Shown here: positions 1 through 9,528 of the stretch, one piece after another
Layout: each line of letters starts with the position of its first letter
How positions within the stretch are numbered: the stretch's first letter is position 1
Assembly (NCBI GenBank): GCA_963677495.2
Contig: CAXXOU010000001.1
Span: forward strand, 1-64,000
DNA from: Candidatus Cloacimonadales bacterium
GTDB taxonomy: Bacteria; Cloacimonadota; Cloacimonadia; Cloacimonadales; JAFGVF01
Direction of reading: 5' to 3'
Length of the DNA stretch: 64,000 bases
Notes under the pieces: model-generated
Databases searched by the model: none
Seen by the model: only the letters and a program-made list of their open reading frames with translations
Told to the model about the DNA's origin: nothing
Translations under genes and position numbers: made by a program

Positions 1-344
1 CAGCATGGATAAGGTGGTTACCACCGATAGCTGAGCTATCACCATCACCGGTTACAACGATAACTTTCATACCCGGTTTGTATGTTTTAACACCTGTAGC
101 AAAAGCGATTGCTCTACCATGTAATGTATGTAATGTATTAAGATCAATGTAAACAGGCATACGAGCTTGAGCAACCAATACCTGAAACCATTGTCACATT
201 GTTTCTATCAATGTTCTGTTCCGCGAGGGCTCTAATGATTGTACCAAGGATTGTTCCATTTGAACAACCGGCACACCAAACATGCGGGAATTTCTTGTCA
301 TGACGGAGGAAGTTATGTACAACTTTCTGTGGTACTTTTTTCAT
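1..344 (-). pseudogene. korB: 2-oxoacid:ferredoxin oxidoreductase beta subunit (TPP-binding); one-base frameshift at ~164-168; 3' part runs off the window
   Basis: N-terminus has WCAGCSNG and VSGIGCSS. Removing one base at ~164-168 continues the frame as RMPVYIDLNTLHTLHGRAIAFATGVK...VTGDGDSSAIGGNHLIHA, the canonical beta-subunit motifs. Follows the alpha subunit. May be a sequencing error. Confidence 0.85.
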
Positions 345-1498
345 TACAATACCTCCTTGATTTTCTGAAGAATCTGAGTAGGTGTGATTAGAGTTCCATT
401 TACTCTTTGGAAGCCGATAAGCTTAGAGTCTGTTTCACTCTTAACAAGTCTTCTCAGTTCATGAAGTAGCTGACCTTGGTTAAGTTCAGGTACTACGACG
501 TATTTAACGTTTTTAAGCATTTTGCGAACTGCATCGTCAGGGAAAGGCCAGATTGTAAGTGGTCTTAGTAAACCAACTTTGAGACCTTCTTCACGTGCAA
601 TTTTAACCGCTGCTTTAGCTGAACGAGCCATTATGCCGGCGGCAAAGATAGCAACGTTAGCATCTTCCATCATATAACTTTCGATCTGCACAAGGTCTCT
701 GATGTTGTGAACAATCTTCTTCTCAAGACGCTCCATCATAGCACCTGATTCTGCAGGTCTATTTGTTGGGAAACCATGTTGGTCATGTGAAAGACCGGTA
801 ACATGGAATCTGTATCCATCACCATAACTTGCAAGTGGTGATAAGTATTTCTGATTTTCATCATAATGCTTATACCAATGAGCAGGTACAGTTGGTTTGA
901 TACGACTAATCACTGGAATCTCTGAAGCTTCAGGAATAGTAATAGCTTCACGCATATGTCCGATAACTTCATCAAGAAGTAATACAACACATGTTCTATA
1001 TTTTTCAGCCAAATTAAAGGCTCTAATTGTTAAAGCATAACTCTCTTTTACAGAGCATGGATAAAGCACTATCGCAGGAGCATCACCATTTACACCCCAA
1101 CGTGACTGCATAATGTCACCTTGTCCGGGGCTTGTTGGCATACCTGTACTAGGGCCGTTTCTCTGCACATTCACAACAACACATGGAGTTTCGGTAATTT
1201 TTGCAAAACCGATACCTTCCTGCATTAATGAGAAACCTGGACCACTTGTAGCAGTCATTGATTTTGCACCGGCTAAAGATGCACCAATAATAGCTGCAAT
1301 ACTGGCAATTTCATCTTCCATCTGTATGAAAGCTTTACCTGTTTTAGGCAGTTCTTTTGAGAGTATTTCAGCTATCTCAGTTGAAGGAGTGATAGGATAA
1401 CCTGCAAAGTAATCACAGCCGGCTGCTAAAGCACCTACTGCTACTGCTTCGTTTCCTTGCATGAGCACTTGATTTTTCTTAGTTGTTTTGCGCGCCAT
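344..1498 (-). CDS. korA: 2-oxoacid:ferredoxin oxidoreductase alpha subunit
   Basis: GNEAVAVGA, AGYPITPSTEI, QMEDEIAS, TATSGPGFSLMQE, GPSTGMPT motifs. Confidence 0.95.
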   Translation of the reverse strand: MARKTTKKNQVLMQGNEAVAVGALAAGCDYFAGYPITPSTEIAEILSKELPKTGKAFIQMEDEIASIAAIIGASLAGAKSMTATSGPGFSLMQEGIGFAKITETPCVVVNVQRNGPSTGMPTSPGQGDIMQSRWGVNGDAPAIVLYPCSVKESYALTIRAFNLAEKYRTCVVLLLDEVIGHMREAITIPEASEIPVISRIKPTVPAHWYKHYDENQKYLSPLASYGDGYRFHVTGLSHDQHGFPTNRPAESGAMMERLEKKIVHNIRDLVQIESYMMEDANVAIFAAGIMARSAKAAVKIAREEGLKVGLLRPLTIWPFPDDAVRKMLKNVKYVVVPELNQGQLLHELRRLVKSETDSKLIGFQRVNGTLITPTQILQKIKEVL

Positions 1499-1808
1499 AT
1501 GCGTCCTCCCGCTTGTCTTTTGCGCCTGTTATAGCAAAATCCGGGCACAATCTGTCGCATGTTTCACAGTGAATACATTTCTCCGGGTCTTTTACGTACG
1601 GTGAGCCATCTGCTTTTCTTGCCAAACACTTTGTTGGACAGAATGCTACACATATTCCGCACCTTTTACACCAATTGTAGTAGATGTAGACCGGGGCGTC
1701 AAAATCACCTGTTGACTTAACTTCATTTAGTTCAACTGTCATTTTCTCAGAGGAGTCTTCCTCTCTGATTATCGTTCCGGTACGGTCCTTTTCTACTTTT
1801 TCGGACAT
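1479..1808 (-). CDS. 2[4Fe-4S] ferredoxin, oxidoreductase delta subunit
   Basis: CKRCGICVAFCP and CIHCETCDRLCP; overlaps korA start; GGAGG RBS. Confidence 0.9.
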   Translation of the reverse strand: MSEKVEKDRTGTIIREEDSSEKMTVELNEVKSTGDFDAPVYIYYNWCKRCGICVAFCPTKCLARKADGSPYVKDPEKCIHCETCDRLCPDFAITGAKDKREDAYGAQNN

Positions 1809-2023
1809 CGTTTTCCTCCAATGTTAAACAAAATTGAAGTCAACATACTTACGTTTATATAAATAGCAAGCTTTTTCGACTTTTTTAACAACTAACAAAC
1901 ACTTATAATCCAGCTAAAACCCTTTATCAAAGGCGTTAAGAGCTATTTCTTTAACTCTTCTTTTTTTTTTACATACTCACTCTAACTACGTTCTTTCAAA
2001 ATTTTAACTATTTTTTTACGCTT

Positions 2024-2425
2024 TTAACCTTCTGTGATTGCTAGCAAAACTTCCCTATTCCTCGCTCCATCAAACTCGCAGAAATAGATGCCCTGCCAAT
2101 GTCCTAGCAACAACTTTCCATTTTGCACGATGATCCGACAATCAGTCCCTACAAGTGTTGAAAGAAGGTGTGCATCAGAATTACCTTCATAGTGCTTGAA
2201 CTCAGGTCTGTTTGGTGATAATATCTTAAAACTATAAATCATATCTCTAACTACATCGGGATCAGCACATTCATTGATGGTAATTCCTGCAGTTGTATGT
2301 GGACAATAAACTGTAACGATCCCATCCTTGATGCCTGACTGTGCCACTACCTCTGTAACTCTATCTGTTATATCAATCATCTCTTTGGCTTGGTTTGTTC
2401 TTATAGGTATTTCAATGACTTTCAT
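2024..2425 (-). CDS. yjbQ: YjbQ/UPF0047 family protein (secondary thiamine-phosphate synthase)
   Basis: PHTTAGITINE, H-x-EGNSDAH, LGHWQGIYFCEFDG; start moved to MKVIEIP after AGGAGG. Confidence 0.92.
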   Translation of the reverse strand: MKVIEIPIRTNQAKEMIDITDRVTEVVAQSGIKDGIVTVYCPHTTAGITINECADPDVVRDMIYSFKILSPNRPEFKHYEGNSDAHLLSTLVGTDCRIIVQNGKLLLGHWQGIYFCEFDGARNREVLLAITEG

Positions 2426-2607
2426 ATCTCCTCCTGCATAAATCTTGCATAATAACATCCAATAAGTCAACTCATAATTTTTCTGTCTTTGTGGACATAG
2501 TTCTCAATGTCTGTTTACCAAGTCTTCTTCGTCCACTTATGTCCACTCTTCAAACAAGACCAACATTTTAGATTACTTAATATTTCGATACTTTCCTACC
2601 TAGTCAA

Positions 2608-2775
2608 TAGCATCTCTTTACCATGTCGCATCAAGAACTTCTTTGCACCGTTAAATAAGTTGTGCACATGATGTGGATAACTTTAAGGTTTCATAGGGAG
2701 GGTCTAGGGAGGCTAAAGGGAGGGACTAGCGAGATTCCAGGTTTTTGAAGCGGGACATAAAGGAGATGAAGCATA
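2608..2775. repeat. Imperfect inverted-repeat element enclosing a DnaA-box-like palindrome and an 11-bp-period AGGGAG array
   Basis: Arms ~2610-2640 and ~2739-2772 are imperfectly complementary. TTGTGCACA-TGA-TGTGGATAA at 2660-2680. AGGGAG at 2695, 2706, 2717 and AGCGAG at 2728. Similar layout at 46780-47035. Confidence 0.65.
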
Positions 2776-2869
2776 GATAAACTGAATTAAATCATAGATT
2801 GTTTTAGTGGTTTATAATAAAATGAGCCCCAAACTTGTCAGGTTTAGGGCTTTATTCTTATTCGAAATA

Positions 2870-4528
2870 CTACTTGAGTAGAACCATTTTCCTGGTTTTA
2901 ATGTAGCTTCCTTTCCTAAGTTTATAAAAGTATACTCCACTTGGAACACTCTTTCCACTGTCATTTTTACCATTCCAGGAGATGGAATAGTTGTTTTGTC
3001 CTCTTATGAATTGTGAAGAATCAAATTGTTTAACGCGTTGTCCTATTATGTTATAGATTTCCAGAGATGCACCATTTACAGAGTCAAGATTGAATCTTAT
3101 CTCTGTTTGAGGATTGAAAGGATTCGGATAATTTCCTATCAACTCTATCCTGCTATTAACTACATTTTCCGCAATTGAAGTTGTAGCAGATGCTTCAATT
3201 ACAAATGAAACTTCCTGTTCAAAGTCCACATCAAGATTGCTTATGTTTAGAGTAAACTCATAGAGACTATCATTATACGCGAGTTCCTCAATCTGAAAAT
3301 CGAAGTAGAAATCAAGATTGTTAAATCCGGAAGGAATTACATAATAATTAGTCATATAATCATCTGTGAGAATTACTTGTTCATCATCTGAGGTCACATT
3401 TACAATAGGATATTGCAGGTCAGCACCACCTATGTTCTCCAAATAAACCTGAATTGAGTTAATTGCATTCGATTCCAACACCCCACTATTGGAGGTTATG
3501 TTAAAGTTACTAACATCTATCACAGGTTTATATGCAACAAATTCCAGTAAGTGTTGGTGATAAACGATTCCACCATTGAAAACATAGTTCAAACCAAACT
3601 CAAAGTTATCATCTATATCAGTTGAAACAGTTAATGGATATGGTCCTATTTCAATATATTGGTCACTAGCTACAAAGCCTAGTTCTTCATTAGGATTAGC
3701 AAATTCTATTTGTGGGTAGTAATTGATTATTGAGATCTCACTTCCCGGTTCAAGATCATTACCTATGTTTTTGAGTCTAAGGCTGAATTCAATTGTCTCA
3801 CCATAATCTATTTGGTCATCCCATCCCCCATCTATAATGAGTTCATCAACGATAAGATAACCGCTTTCTAAATCAGGATGCATAAAGGTGAAATCCATGT
3901 CAGGGAAGGTTGGGTTTTCCGGAGTTATTTCAATATAGGGGGAGTCTTCCATATTATCGAACCCACCATACCAAATTTCACCGTTAAACTGACCATAGAA
4001 CATGATTCCAAGTTTGTATGTTCCCGCATTTAGGTTCTCGTAAGAATATGTAAAGTTTTCATCCAGTTCTATCAAGCCATGAGTTATCTCCATATTGTCC
4101 GGTGCAACAAATTGGCGTAATGTCATCATAAAAAAGGTTGTATCATCCGGAATATCATTTAAATCCAACTGACCTGATATCGAACCAAAGGAAGTTAAAA
4201 CGGCTTCAACCGGGATTAGAATATTGTTGATAGTAGTATCGTTTTCCAATTGTATCAGGTTATCATAATATCCGGTGAAATAGCTATCTGAGAATCCGGT
4301 GTACAATCTGTAGGTACCAGGTGTTGCATTATCAATTGTAAAGCTACCTGCTTCATCAGTTTCTGAGACAAAATATATATTCTCCCATGCATTGGGATAA
4401 GTTCTTTGAATAAAGACTAGGATATTATCCACTCCCATTTGGGTGTCAGCATCAACAACCTGCCCAGCGACGACTGCTGCACTTAATGAGAGAGGTAAAA
4501 TCAATAAAAGAATCAATAAAAGTTTCAT
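2870..4528 (-). CDS. Secreted protein with carboxypeptidase-regulatory-like/Ig-like domains and a C-terminal FlgD-Ig/T9SS-type-A-like sorting domain
   Basis: Signal peptide MKLLLILLLILPLSLSA; GQVVDADT beta-sandwich start; C-terminal GNYPNPFNPQTEIRF...SGVYFYKL...KMVLLK. Confidence 0.85.
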   Translation of the reverse strand: MKLLLILLLILPLSLSAAVVAGQVVDADTQMGVDNILVFIQRTYPNAWENIYFVSETDEAGSFTIDNATPGTYRLYTGFSDSYFTGYYDNLIQLENDTTINNILIPVEAVLTSFGSISGQLDLNDIPDDTTFFMMTLRQFVAPDNMEITHGLIELDENFTYSYENLNAGTYKLGIMFYGQFNGEIWYGGFDNMEDSPYIEITPENPTFPDMDFTFMHPDLESGYLIVDELIIDGGWDDQIDYGETIEFSLRLKNIGNDLEPGSEISIINYYPQIEFANPNEELGFVASDQYIEIGPYPLTVSTDIDDNFEFGLNYVFNGGIVYHQHLLEFVAYKPVIDVSNFNITSNSGVLESNAINSIQVYLENIGGADLQYPIVNVTSDDEQVILTDDYMTNYYVIPSGFNNLDFYFDFQIEELAYNDSLYEFTLNISNLDVDFEQEVSFVIEASATTSIAENVVNSRIELIGNYPNPFNPQTEIRFNLDSVNGASLEIYNIIGQRVKQFDSSQFIRGQNNYSISWNGKNDSGKSVPSGVYFYKLRKGSYIKTRKMVLLK

Positions 4529-4622
4529 AATTACCTCCATCCCAGATATAATAATCCAAATAGAGCTACGACAAACAGAAAATACTAGTAAACTACTATG
4601 AATTAGATTTCGAATATTAGAA

Positions 4623-4653
4623 AAGGTTACTTACCAAGCTGATAAGTAACCTT
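4623..4653 (-). terminator. Hairpin after the FN3 gene
   Basis: aaggttactta-ccaagctga-taagtaacctt. Confidence 0.55.
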
Positions 4654-4668
4654 AAGAGATAGATGATA

Positions 4669-5997
4669 CTACCAAGAATGATAGTTTGTTCTTACATAAT
4701 AGAACCCTATTCTTTGATTATTCAAAGGAAGAGTATAGTGTGTTTGAGGTGTGTAATCATAGGCAGAGCCATTGCGATAGACTATATAACCATCTATCAT
4801 GTCATCAGATTGAGGTGGATCCCAATCCAGTATTACATTTGAACCGGAAATGGAGATAGTGAGATTCCTCGGAATATTCCAATTTGAGACATAAACAGTA
4901 CCTAAACTACTTGCTGCACGTTCATCATTATCATATATTGCATAAATCCTATAGCCGACTTCTCCATTCGGAGGATTTGAATCTGTAAATGATGTATCAC
5001 TTGTTAGACCTAAACTCTCAGTGAAGTAATCATACAATCTTACAACCTCATATCGCCAGAGGTATCCTATATCTATAGGAGCTTGCCAAGATATATTTAC
5101 ACTGGTTCCATTTAAAGACGTATTAACATTTCGTGGTGGATAGGCAATACATACATAGGCTGATAGTGTGGCAGTTGGATCTGACGTACCGGATTGAAAG
5201 CATTCGGCTCTTACATAATATGAGTACTCACCATTAGCCAAATCACTATCTAGATAAGTCTCATTTCCGGTTGTTGCAATCTCTGTACCATTGCGATAGA
5301 TACAATAAAACATTACAACATCGTTTGTTAATGGTTCATCCCAACTTAGGCTTACATCGTTGCCGTTTTGATTCAAACTAAAATACTCGGGTATATTAAT
5401 ATCAATGTTAACAACACTTGACACAGTTTCTTCGCATGCATCGTAGTATTGATAGCAAGCAATTACCTTGTAGCGATAAGAACCATTGAACAGGTCTGAA
5501 TCCGTATATGATAATCCCGTTGTTGTAACAAGCGATTCATAGTATCCGGTTGTAGTATCTTCTCTTTGTATCAAATAGTTTTGAAGATACCCTATATCAG
5601 AAGGTGGTGACCAACTAATAGTTGCATCTCTATGCTCTACACTAACCTGGATATTTTGAGCAGGATATGCATCACACACAGTAATATCCTCATACGAAGG
5701 GTCTGATTCTCCCCCTATATAATATGCTGTAACAACGAACTCATGCGACCTATTAGATAGATTATCGATTGTATAAGACAAACCATTTTGATTACTAACC
5801 GCATAGCCATCATGGTAGACAATATAGTATAGTAGATTGGTAGTATTCACGGGTGCACTCCAGTATAATACCACACTACTTCCAAAATGGTCACCATAAA
5901 GATTCTCTACAGGATAGAGCTCTTCTGGACGTTCTATGGTAGTAAGTACGGTTGTGGTAAGCAGCAATAAGAACGCAATAAAAATAGAACATTTCAT
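4669..5997 (-). CDS. Secreted fibronectin type III repeat protein
   Basis: Signal peptide; about five repeats of V-x-(L/I)-x-W-x-x-P...Y-x-(V/I)-Y-R-N-G...Y-x-Y-x-V-x-A. Confidence 0.85.
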   Translation of the reverse strand: MKCSIFIAFLLLLTTTVLTTIERPEELYPVENLYGDHFGSSVVLYWSAPVNTTNLLYYIVYHDGYAVSNQNGLSYTIDNLSNRSHEFVVTAYYIGGESDPSYEDITVCDAYPAQNIQVSVEHRDATISWSPPSDIGYLQNYLIQREDTTTGYYESLVTTTGLSYTDSDLFNGSYRYKVIACYQYYDACEETVSSVVNIDINIPEYFSLNQNGNDVSLSWDEPLTNDVVMFYCIYRNGTEIATTGNETYLDSDLANGEYSYYVRAECFQSGTSDPTATLSAYVCIAYPPRNVNTSLNGTSVNISWQAPIDIGYLWRYEVVRLYDYFTESLGLTSDTSFTDSNPPNGEVGYRIYAIYDNDERAASSLGTVYVSNWNIPRNLTISISGSNVILDWDPPQSDDMIDGYIVYRNGSAYDYTPQTHYTLPLNNQRIGFYYVRTNYHSW

Positions 5998-6159
5998 ACA
6001 AAACCCCTTTGATAATTTGCATCAATGTTAATCATGGTTTAGCTGACGCTATGGCACTACGCCATAGCATTGCTACAGAATGCTTTATAACCTACTATTT
6101 CAGAATAGCTTATTATTGTCAATAAGATTATTTAAGCAAATTTAAGCCTTGATAAACCT

Positions 6160-6206
6160 AAAAAAGGGTTGCATTCTGAAAGGATGAGAACCTTTAATGC
6201 AACCCT
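6160..6206 (-). terminator. Intrinsic terminator after the DUF362 gene
   Basis: A-run then gggttgcatt...aatgcaaccct; gives a U-tract on the minus strand. Confidence 0.6.
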
Positions 6207-6224
6207 GCTGAGTGTCAGTAATTC

Positions 6225-7265
6225 TTATAGCTTGATTAATCTATATTTAGTTGAACCAAATCCCATTTTCTCGGCATATTGTAATTGGTTTGTTCCTCTA
6301 AATGACTTGCCTTTCTTCTTAATCTCATCAATACAAGCTTGATCTATTGCCACAGGATCTGAAGATAGGAATATACCAAGGTCTTCCATAATTGGTTTCA
6401 TCTTGCGTGGTTCACAGTCACAACCACGTGTTATGTTCATAGCAAAATTGAAATACATATATTGCTTTCCTATTTGAGCTGCGTAAGCATATTCAACTAA
6501 CTTCTCTTTGAAGTTACCACCAAATCCTAATGCATTAGCAATGCCTTTAGCTGAGAAGATAGATACTGCTTTATGAGGACAAATGGACACACAAGCACCG
6601 CAACCTACGCACTTCTCCTGGTCGATATATGACTTCTCACCTATGAATATTGCGTCTTCATTACAACGTGTCTTACAGAGATTACATTGCTTACATTTAC
6701 GGTTAACAATATGAGGTTTGATGCCCATATGCATAGCCATTTTACCACCTTTTGATGCCATACCCATTGAGAGCTGCTTTATCGCTCCTCCGAATCCCGC
6801 CATAGCATGTCCTTTAAAGTGTGAGATAACTATCATCTGTTTGTTTTTAGCAAAATCAGCTCCTATCTTGCACGTTTCAAAGTGCTTTTTGTCTATTCTG
6901 ATTTCATGAAAAGCTTCACCTTGCTCTCCATCTGCAATCACAATCGGTAACTGGGTGAAACCGTGTTCTTTGGCAGTCTTGATATGAAGATCTCTTCTGT
7001 GACGTTGCCCACCATACATAACACTTGTTTCCATGTAGCTTGTTTCAATATCTCTTTCTCTTAGAAAATCAATGATACTCAAGTAGTTTTCTGACTTGAT
7101 ATATGTGTGATTCCCTTTCTCTCCAAAGTGCACTTTAAGTGGAATCACTTTATCTAGTTCTATAGCTTCTTTCTCTACAAATGTCTCCAACAACTTCTTC
7201 GTAATTCTGTTAACATTTTCTACTGAATTATCACCGTCAAGACTCATCCAATATACGTTTGCCAT
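6225..7265 (-). CDS. DUF362 family Fe-S protein with a 2[4Fe-4S] ferredoxin insert
   Basis: KVHFGEKGN, SHFKGHAMAGFGGAIKQLSMG, CKQCNLCKTRC, CVGCGACVSICP, CDC, SSDPVAIDQA. Confidence 0.92.
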   Translation of the reverse strand: MANVYWMSLDGDNSVENVNRITKKLLETFVEKEAIELDKVIPLKVHFGEKGNHTYIKSENYLSIIDFLRERDIETSYMETSVMYGGQRHRRDLHIKTAKEHGFTQLPIVIADGEQGEAFHEIRIDKKHFETCKIGADFAKNKQMIVISHFKGHAMAGFGGAIKQLSMGMASKGGKMAMHMGIKPHIVNRKCKQCNLCKTRCNEDAIFIGEKSYIDQEKCVGCGACVSICPHKAVSIFSAKGIANALGFGGNFKEKLVEYAYAAQIGKQYMYFNFAMNITRGCDCEPRKMKPIMEDLGIFLSSDPVAIDQACIDEIKKKGKSFRGTNQLQYAEKMGFGSTKYRLIKL

Positions 7266-7353
7266 ACTAGCTCCTATTATTTACTGACTAATCAATCTTA
7301 TTATAATTAATCCCCTAAAAGGGATATTGTTTTATGATTTAATTATATGAGAC

Positions 7354-7920
7354 TTATCTTTTCAGACAATCCCATAAAAGTGCAAATGACTTATCTCTCT
7401 TCTCTTTATCTTCAAAACACTCAGGGTATTTCATGAAGAAGGTTATTGTTCCTTGCAGGATTCCGTTGGTCACTTCAAACAGAATCTCCATTGGTAATTC
7501 CTTAAAGAATCCCTGTTTTGCTCCTTCAGTGAAAATCTCAAGAACAAAGTTAAACTGCTTCAACCCCTCTTCCCTGGTTTCTTCGGTTATATACGCAGAT
7601 GAGCTGAACATAGCAAAAAACTTGTTCCCCTGTGGGAAGTCAAGTCCCCACCTGATTGTATTGTACCAAATTGTTTCTACTTTTTCACGCAAAGTCTCAG
7701 CTTCTGCTAACCCTGTTCTCATTTTTTCAAGCATCTTACGTTTTACATCAAGGTATAGAGCATTTATCAGCTCCTCTTTTGTACTGAAATAGTGGAACAG
7801 CGTTCCCGTAGCCACACCTGCATTCTTAGCTATTTTGGATGTGGGAGATCCTTCAAATCCCCTATTCACAAACATCTCTAGAGCTGCTACAAGAACTCTT
7901 TCTCTTTTATCACTAGCCAT
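7354..7920 (-). CDS. TetR/AcrR family transcriptional regulator
   Basis: N-terminal HTH IAKNAGVATGTLFHYFSTKEEL. Confidence 0.95.
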   Translation of the reverse strand: MASDKRERVLVAALEMFVNRGFEGSPTSKIAKNAGVATGTLFHYFSTKEELINALYLDVKRKMLEKMRTGLAEAETLREKVETIWYNTIRWGLDFPQGNKFFAMFSSSAYITEETREEGLKQFNFVLEIFTEGAKQGFFKELPMEILFEVTNGILQGTITFFMKYPECFEDKEKRDKSFALLWDCLKR

Positions 7921-7963
7921 TTATCATTACTCCATTTTATCTTTCATGGACAGAATACCACAA

Positions 7964-7979
7964 TAGACTATTCAGTCAA
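7964..7979. promoter_or_regulatory. Putative TetR operator (GACT-N4-AGTC); related site gactaatcaatc at ~7286-7297 upstream of DUF362
   Basis: tagactattcagtcaa upstream of tetR; similar box before the next gene. Confidence 0.5.
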
Positions 7980-8044
7980 TACTTTTATTATTATCTTTAT
8001 TGACATCTTTGAGATGAGATAACAATTTAGTGTAAGGGGAAATT

Positions 8045-8263
8045 ATGAACTTAACTTCAAAGAATGGATTTATTTACGTTGCAATATTCATTATCAGTAT
8101 CAAGATTATTCTTAATCTAATCTACTGGCATAGGCCGTTGTTAACATTTGGTTGTTTTGCATATTTAATGTTAGGTGTTTACATCAATATGAAAGTCAAA
8201 GATCACTATTTCAAATACTATATTGGGCTTATTATTGCTTTAATATGGATTCTGTTTGGATAG
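8045..8263 (+). CDS. Small 72-aa membrane protein (paralog 1)
   Basis: AGGGGA RBS; about three hydrophobic segments; gapless paralog of 8282..8500. Confidence 0.75.
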   Translation: MNLTSKNGFIYVAIFIISIKIILNLIYWHRPLLTFGCFAYLMLGVYINMKVKDHYFKYYIGLIIALIWILFG

Positions 8264-8281
8264 CCCCTAATCGGAGATACT

Positions 8282-8500
8282 ATGTCTTTGTTTGCAATAC
8301 ATGGAATTCCCTATCTGGCATTCATGATTATTTCAGTTAAGATTGTGATCAATTTTATGAATTGGCATGCACCTTTTCTAACATTTGTATGCCTTACTTA
8401 TATTCTTTTGGGATTCTACCTTGCATTCAAGATTAAAGACCATTTTTTTAAATATAAGTTAGGGCTTATCGTAATACTAGCATTGATTCTTTTTGGTTGA
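8282..8500 (+). CDS. Small 72-aa membrane protein (paralog 2)
   Basis: GGAG RBS; 37/72 identical to 8045..8263 by hand count. Confidence 0.75.
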   Translation: MSLFAIHGIPYLAFMIISVKIVINFMNWHAPFLTFVCLTYILLGFYLAFKIKDHFFKYKLGLIVILALILFG

Positions 8501-8530
8501 AGTGAGTCGCATTTCGCATCGACTCACTCC
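8501..8530. terminator. Hairpin between convergent genes
   Basis: agtgagtcg-catttcgcat-cgactcact. Confidence 0.55.
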
Positions 8531-8548
8531 TTCCAATATAGCTTATAT

Positions 8549-9214
8549 TTATCTGCTAAATCCACCACCACCGAACATAATCTTGAGATAAGGTCCACTC
8601 ATCCCAATTTCCGGTCCATTTCCAAGTGACTCATCTGCAATAACCCATTCATCTTCACTAAAGGCGTGCATATAGCCACCTTGTAAACCAAACACTAAAC
8701 CGTTATAAGTGTAGATAGCACCGACAGCTATATCTCCGAGCATTGTTGCATAGTTTGCATATCTAGACATGCCACCAAAGATTGCATCATCAAAATCAGC
8801 ACCTTTTTCTGCTATCTCGAGAGTCATTCCTCCACCACCGATTCCAAGCTTTGGATAAAAACCAAAGTTTTTGTTTCTATAAAGCATATAGCCCATATTG
8901 AACATACCGTATCCACCGGAAAACATGACAGTCCGATTGTCATTACTATCAGAGCTGGCAAAGACACCCTTACCTTCTCCACCCAGCATGAGATTACCCA
9001 TCACACTATAGCCACCACCACCCATAGTATAATATACATCATCCAATTCAAGTCCGTAACTGGAATCCAGCTTATCATTCAATTCATCAACATCCATCTT
9101 CTGTGCTCCCAATTCAAAGAACCCGAATCCGCCATATACGGGTCTTCTACCAATAGCCATTGCGCTTGCAGCAACCAATAAAACTAAAACTATAACTATA
9201 CTTCTTTTCATCAC
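8549..9214 (-). CDS. Signal-peptide-bearing Gly/aromatic-rich protein, probable outer-membrane beta-barrel
   Basis: Signal peptide ending AMA; alternating hydrophobic strands; C-terminal GPYLKIMFGGGGF. Confidence 0.7.
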   Translation of the reverse strand: MMKRSIVIVLVLLVAASAMAIGRRPVYGGFGFFELGAQKMDVDELNDKLDSSYGLELDDVYYTMGGGGYSVMGNLMLGGEGKGVFASSDSNDNRTVMFSGGYGMFNMGYMLYRNKNFGFYPKLGIGGGGMTLEIAEKGADFDDAIFGGMSRYANYATMLGDIAVGAIYTYNGLVFGLQGGYMHAFSEDEWVIADESLGNGPEIGMSGPYLKIMFGGGGFSR

Positions 9215-9219
9215 TCCTC

Positions 9220-9528
9220 CTAAGTATGTATCATCTCTTCTATACGTTTAACATATTCTTTGAAAGCCTTGCGACCATAATCTGATAATCTATAGATACT
9301 CTTTGGCTTTCTGTCTACAAACTTTTTCTCTACTTCAATGTAGTTCGCATCTTCCAACTTTTTCAAGTGTATACTTATATTACCATCGGTAGCTTTCACA
9401 AGCTTTTTTAACGTATTGAAATCAGCCTTCTCCTCTCTAACCAATATTGATAATATACTTAACCTGATTCGAGAGTGTATCAGATCATCCAAACTCTTGT
9501 AGTTGTAATCATTATCCTTCATTCTCAC
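9220..9528 (-). CDS. Winged-helix transcriptional regulator (HTH_34/ArsR-like)
   Basis: IHSRIRLSILSIL, ATDGNISIHLKKLEDANYI, GRKAFKEYV. Confidence 0.9.
   Translation of the reverse strand: MRMKDNDYNYKSLDDLIHSRIRLSILSILVREEKADFNTLKKLVKATDGNISIHLKKLEDANYIEVEKKFVDRKPKSIYRLSDYGRKAFKEYVKRIEEMIHT

Noticed and set aside
144..146. TGA in korB as a selenocysteine codon
   Set aside because: Homology continues in a different frame from ~164, so this is a frameshift, not read-through.
8498..8530. TGA plus hairpin as Sec codon plus SECIS
   Set aside because: The paralog ends at the same position with TAG, and the hairpin fits a terminator between convergent genes.
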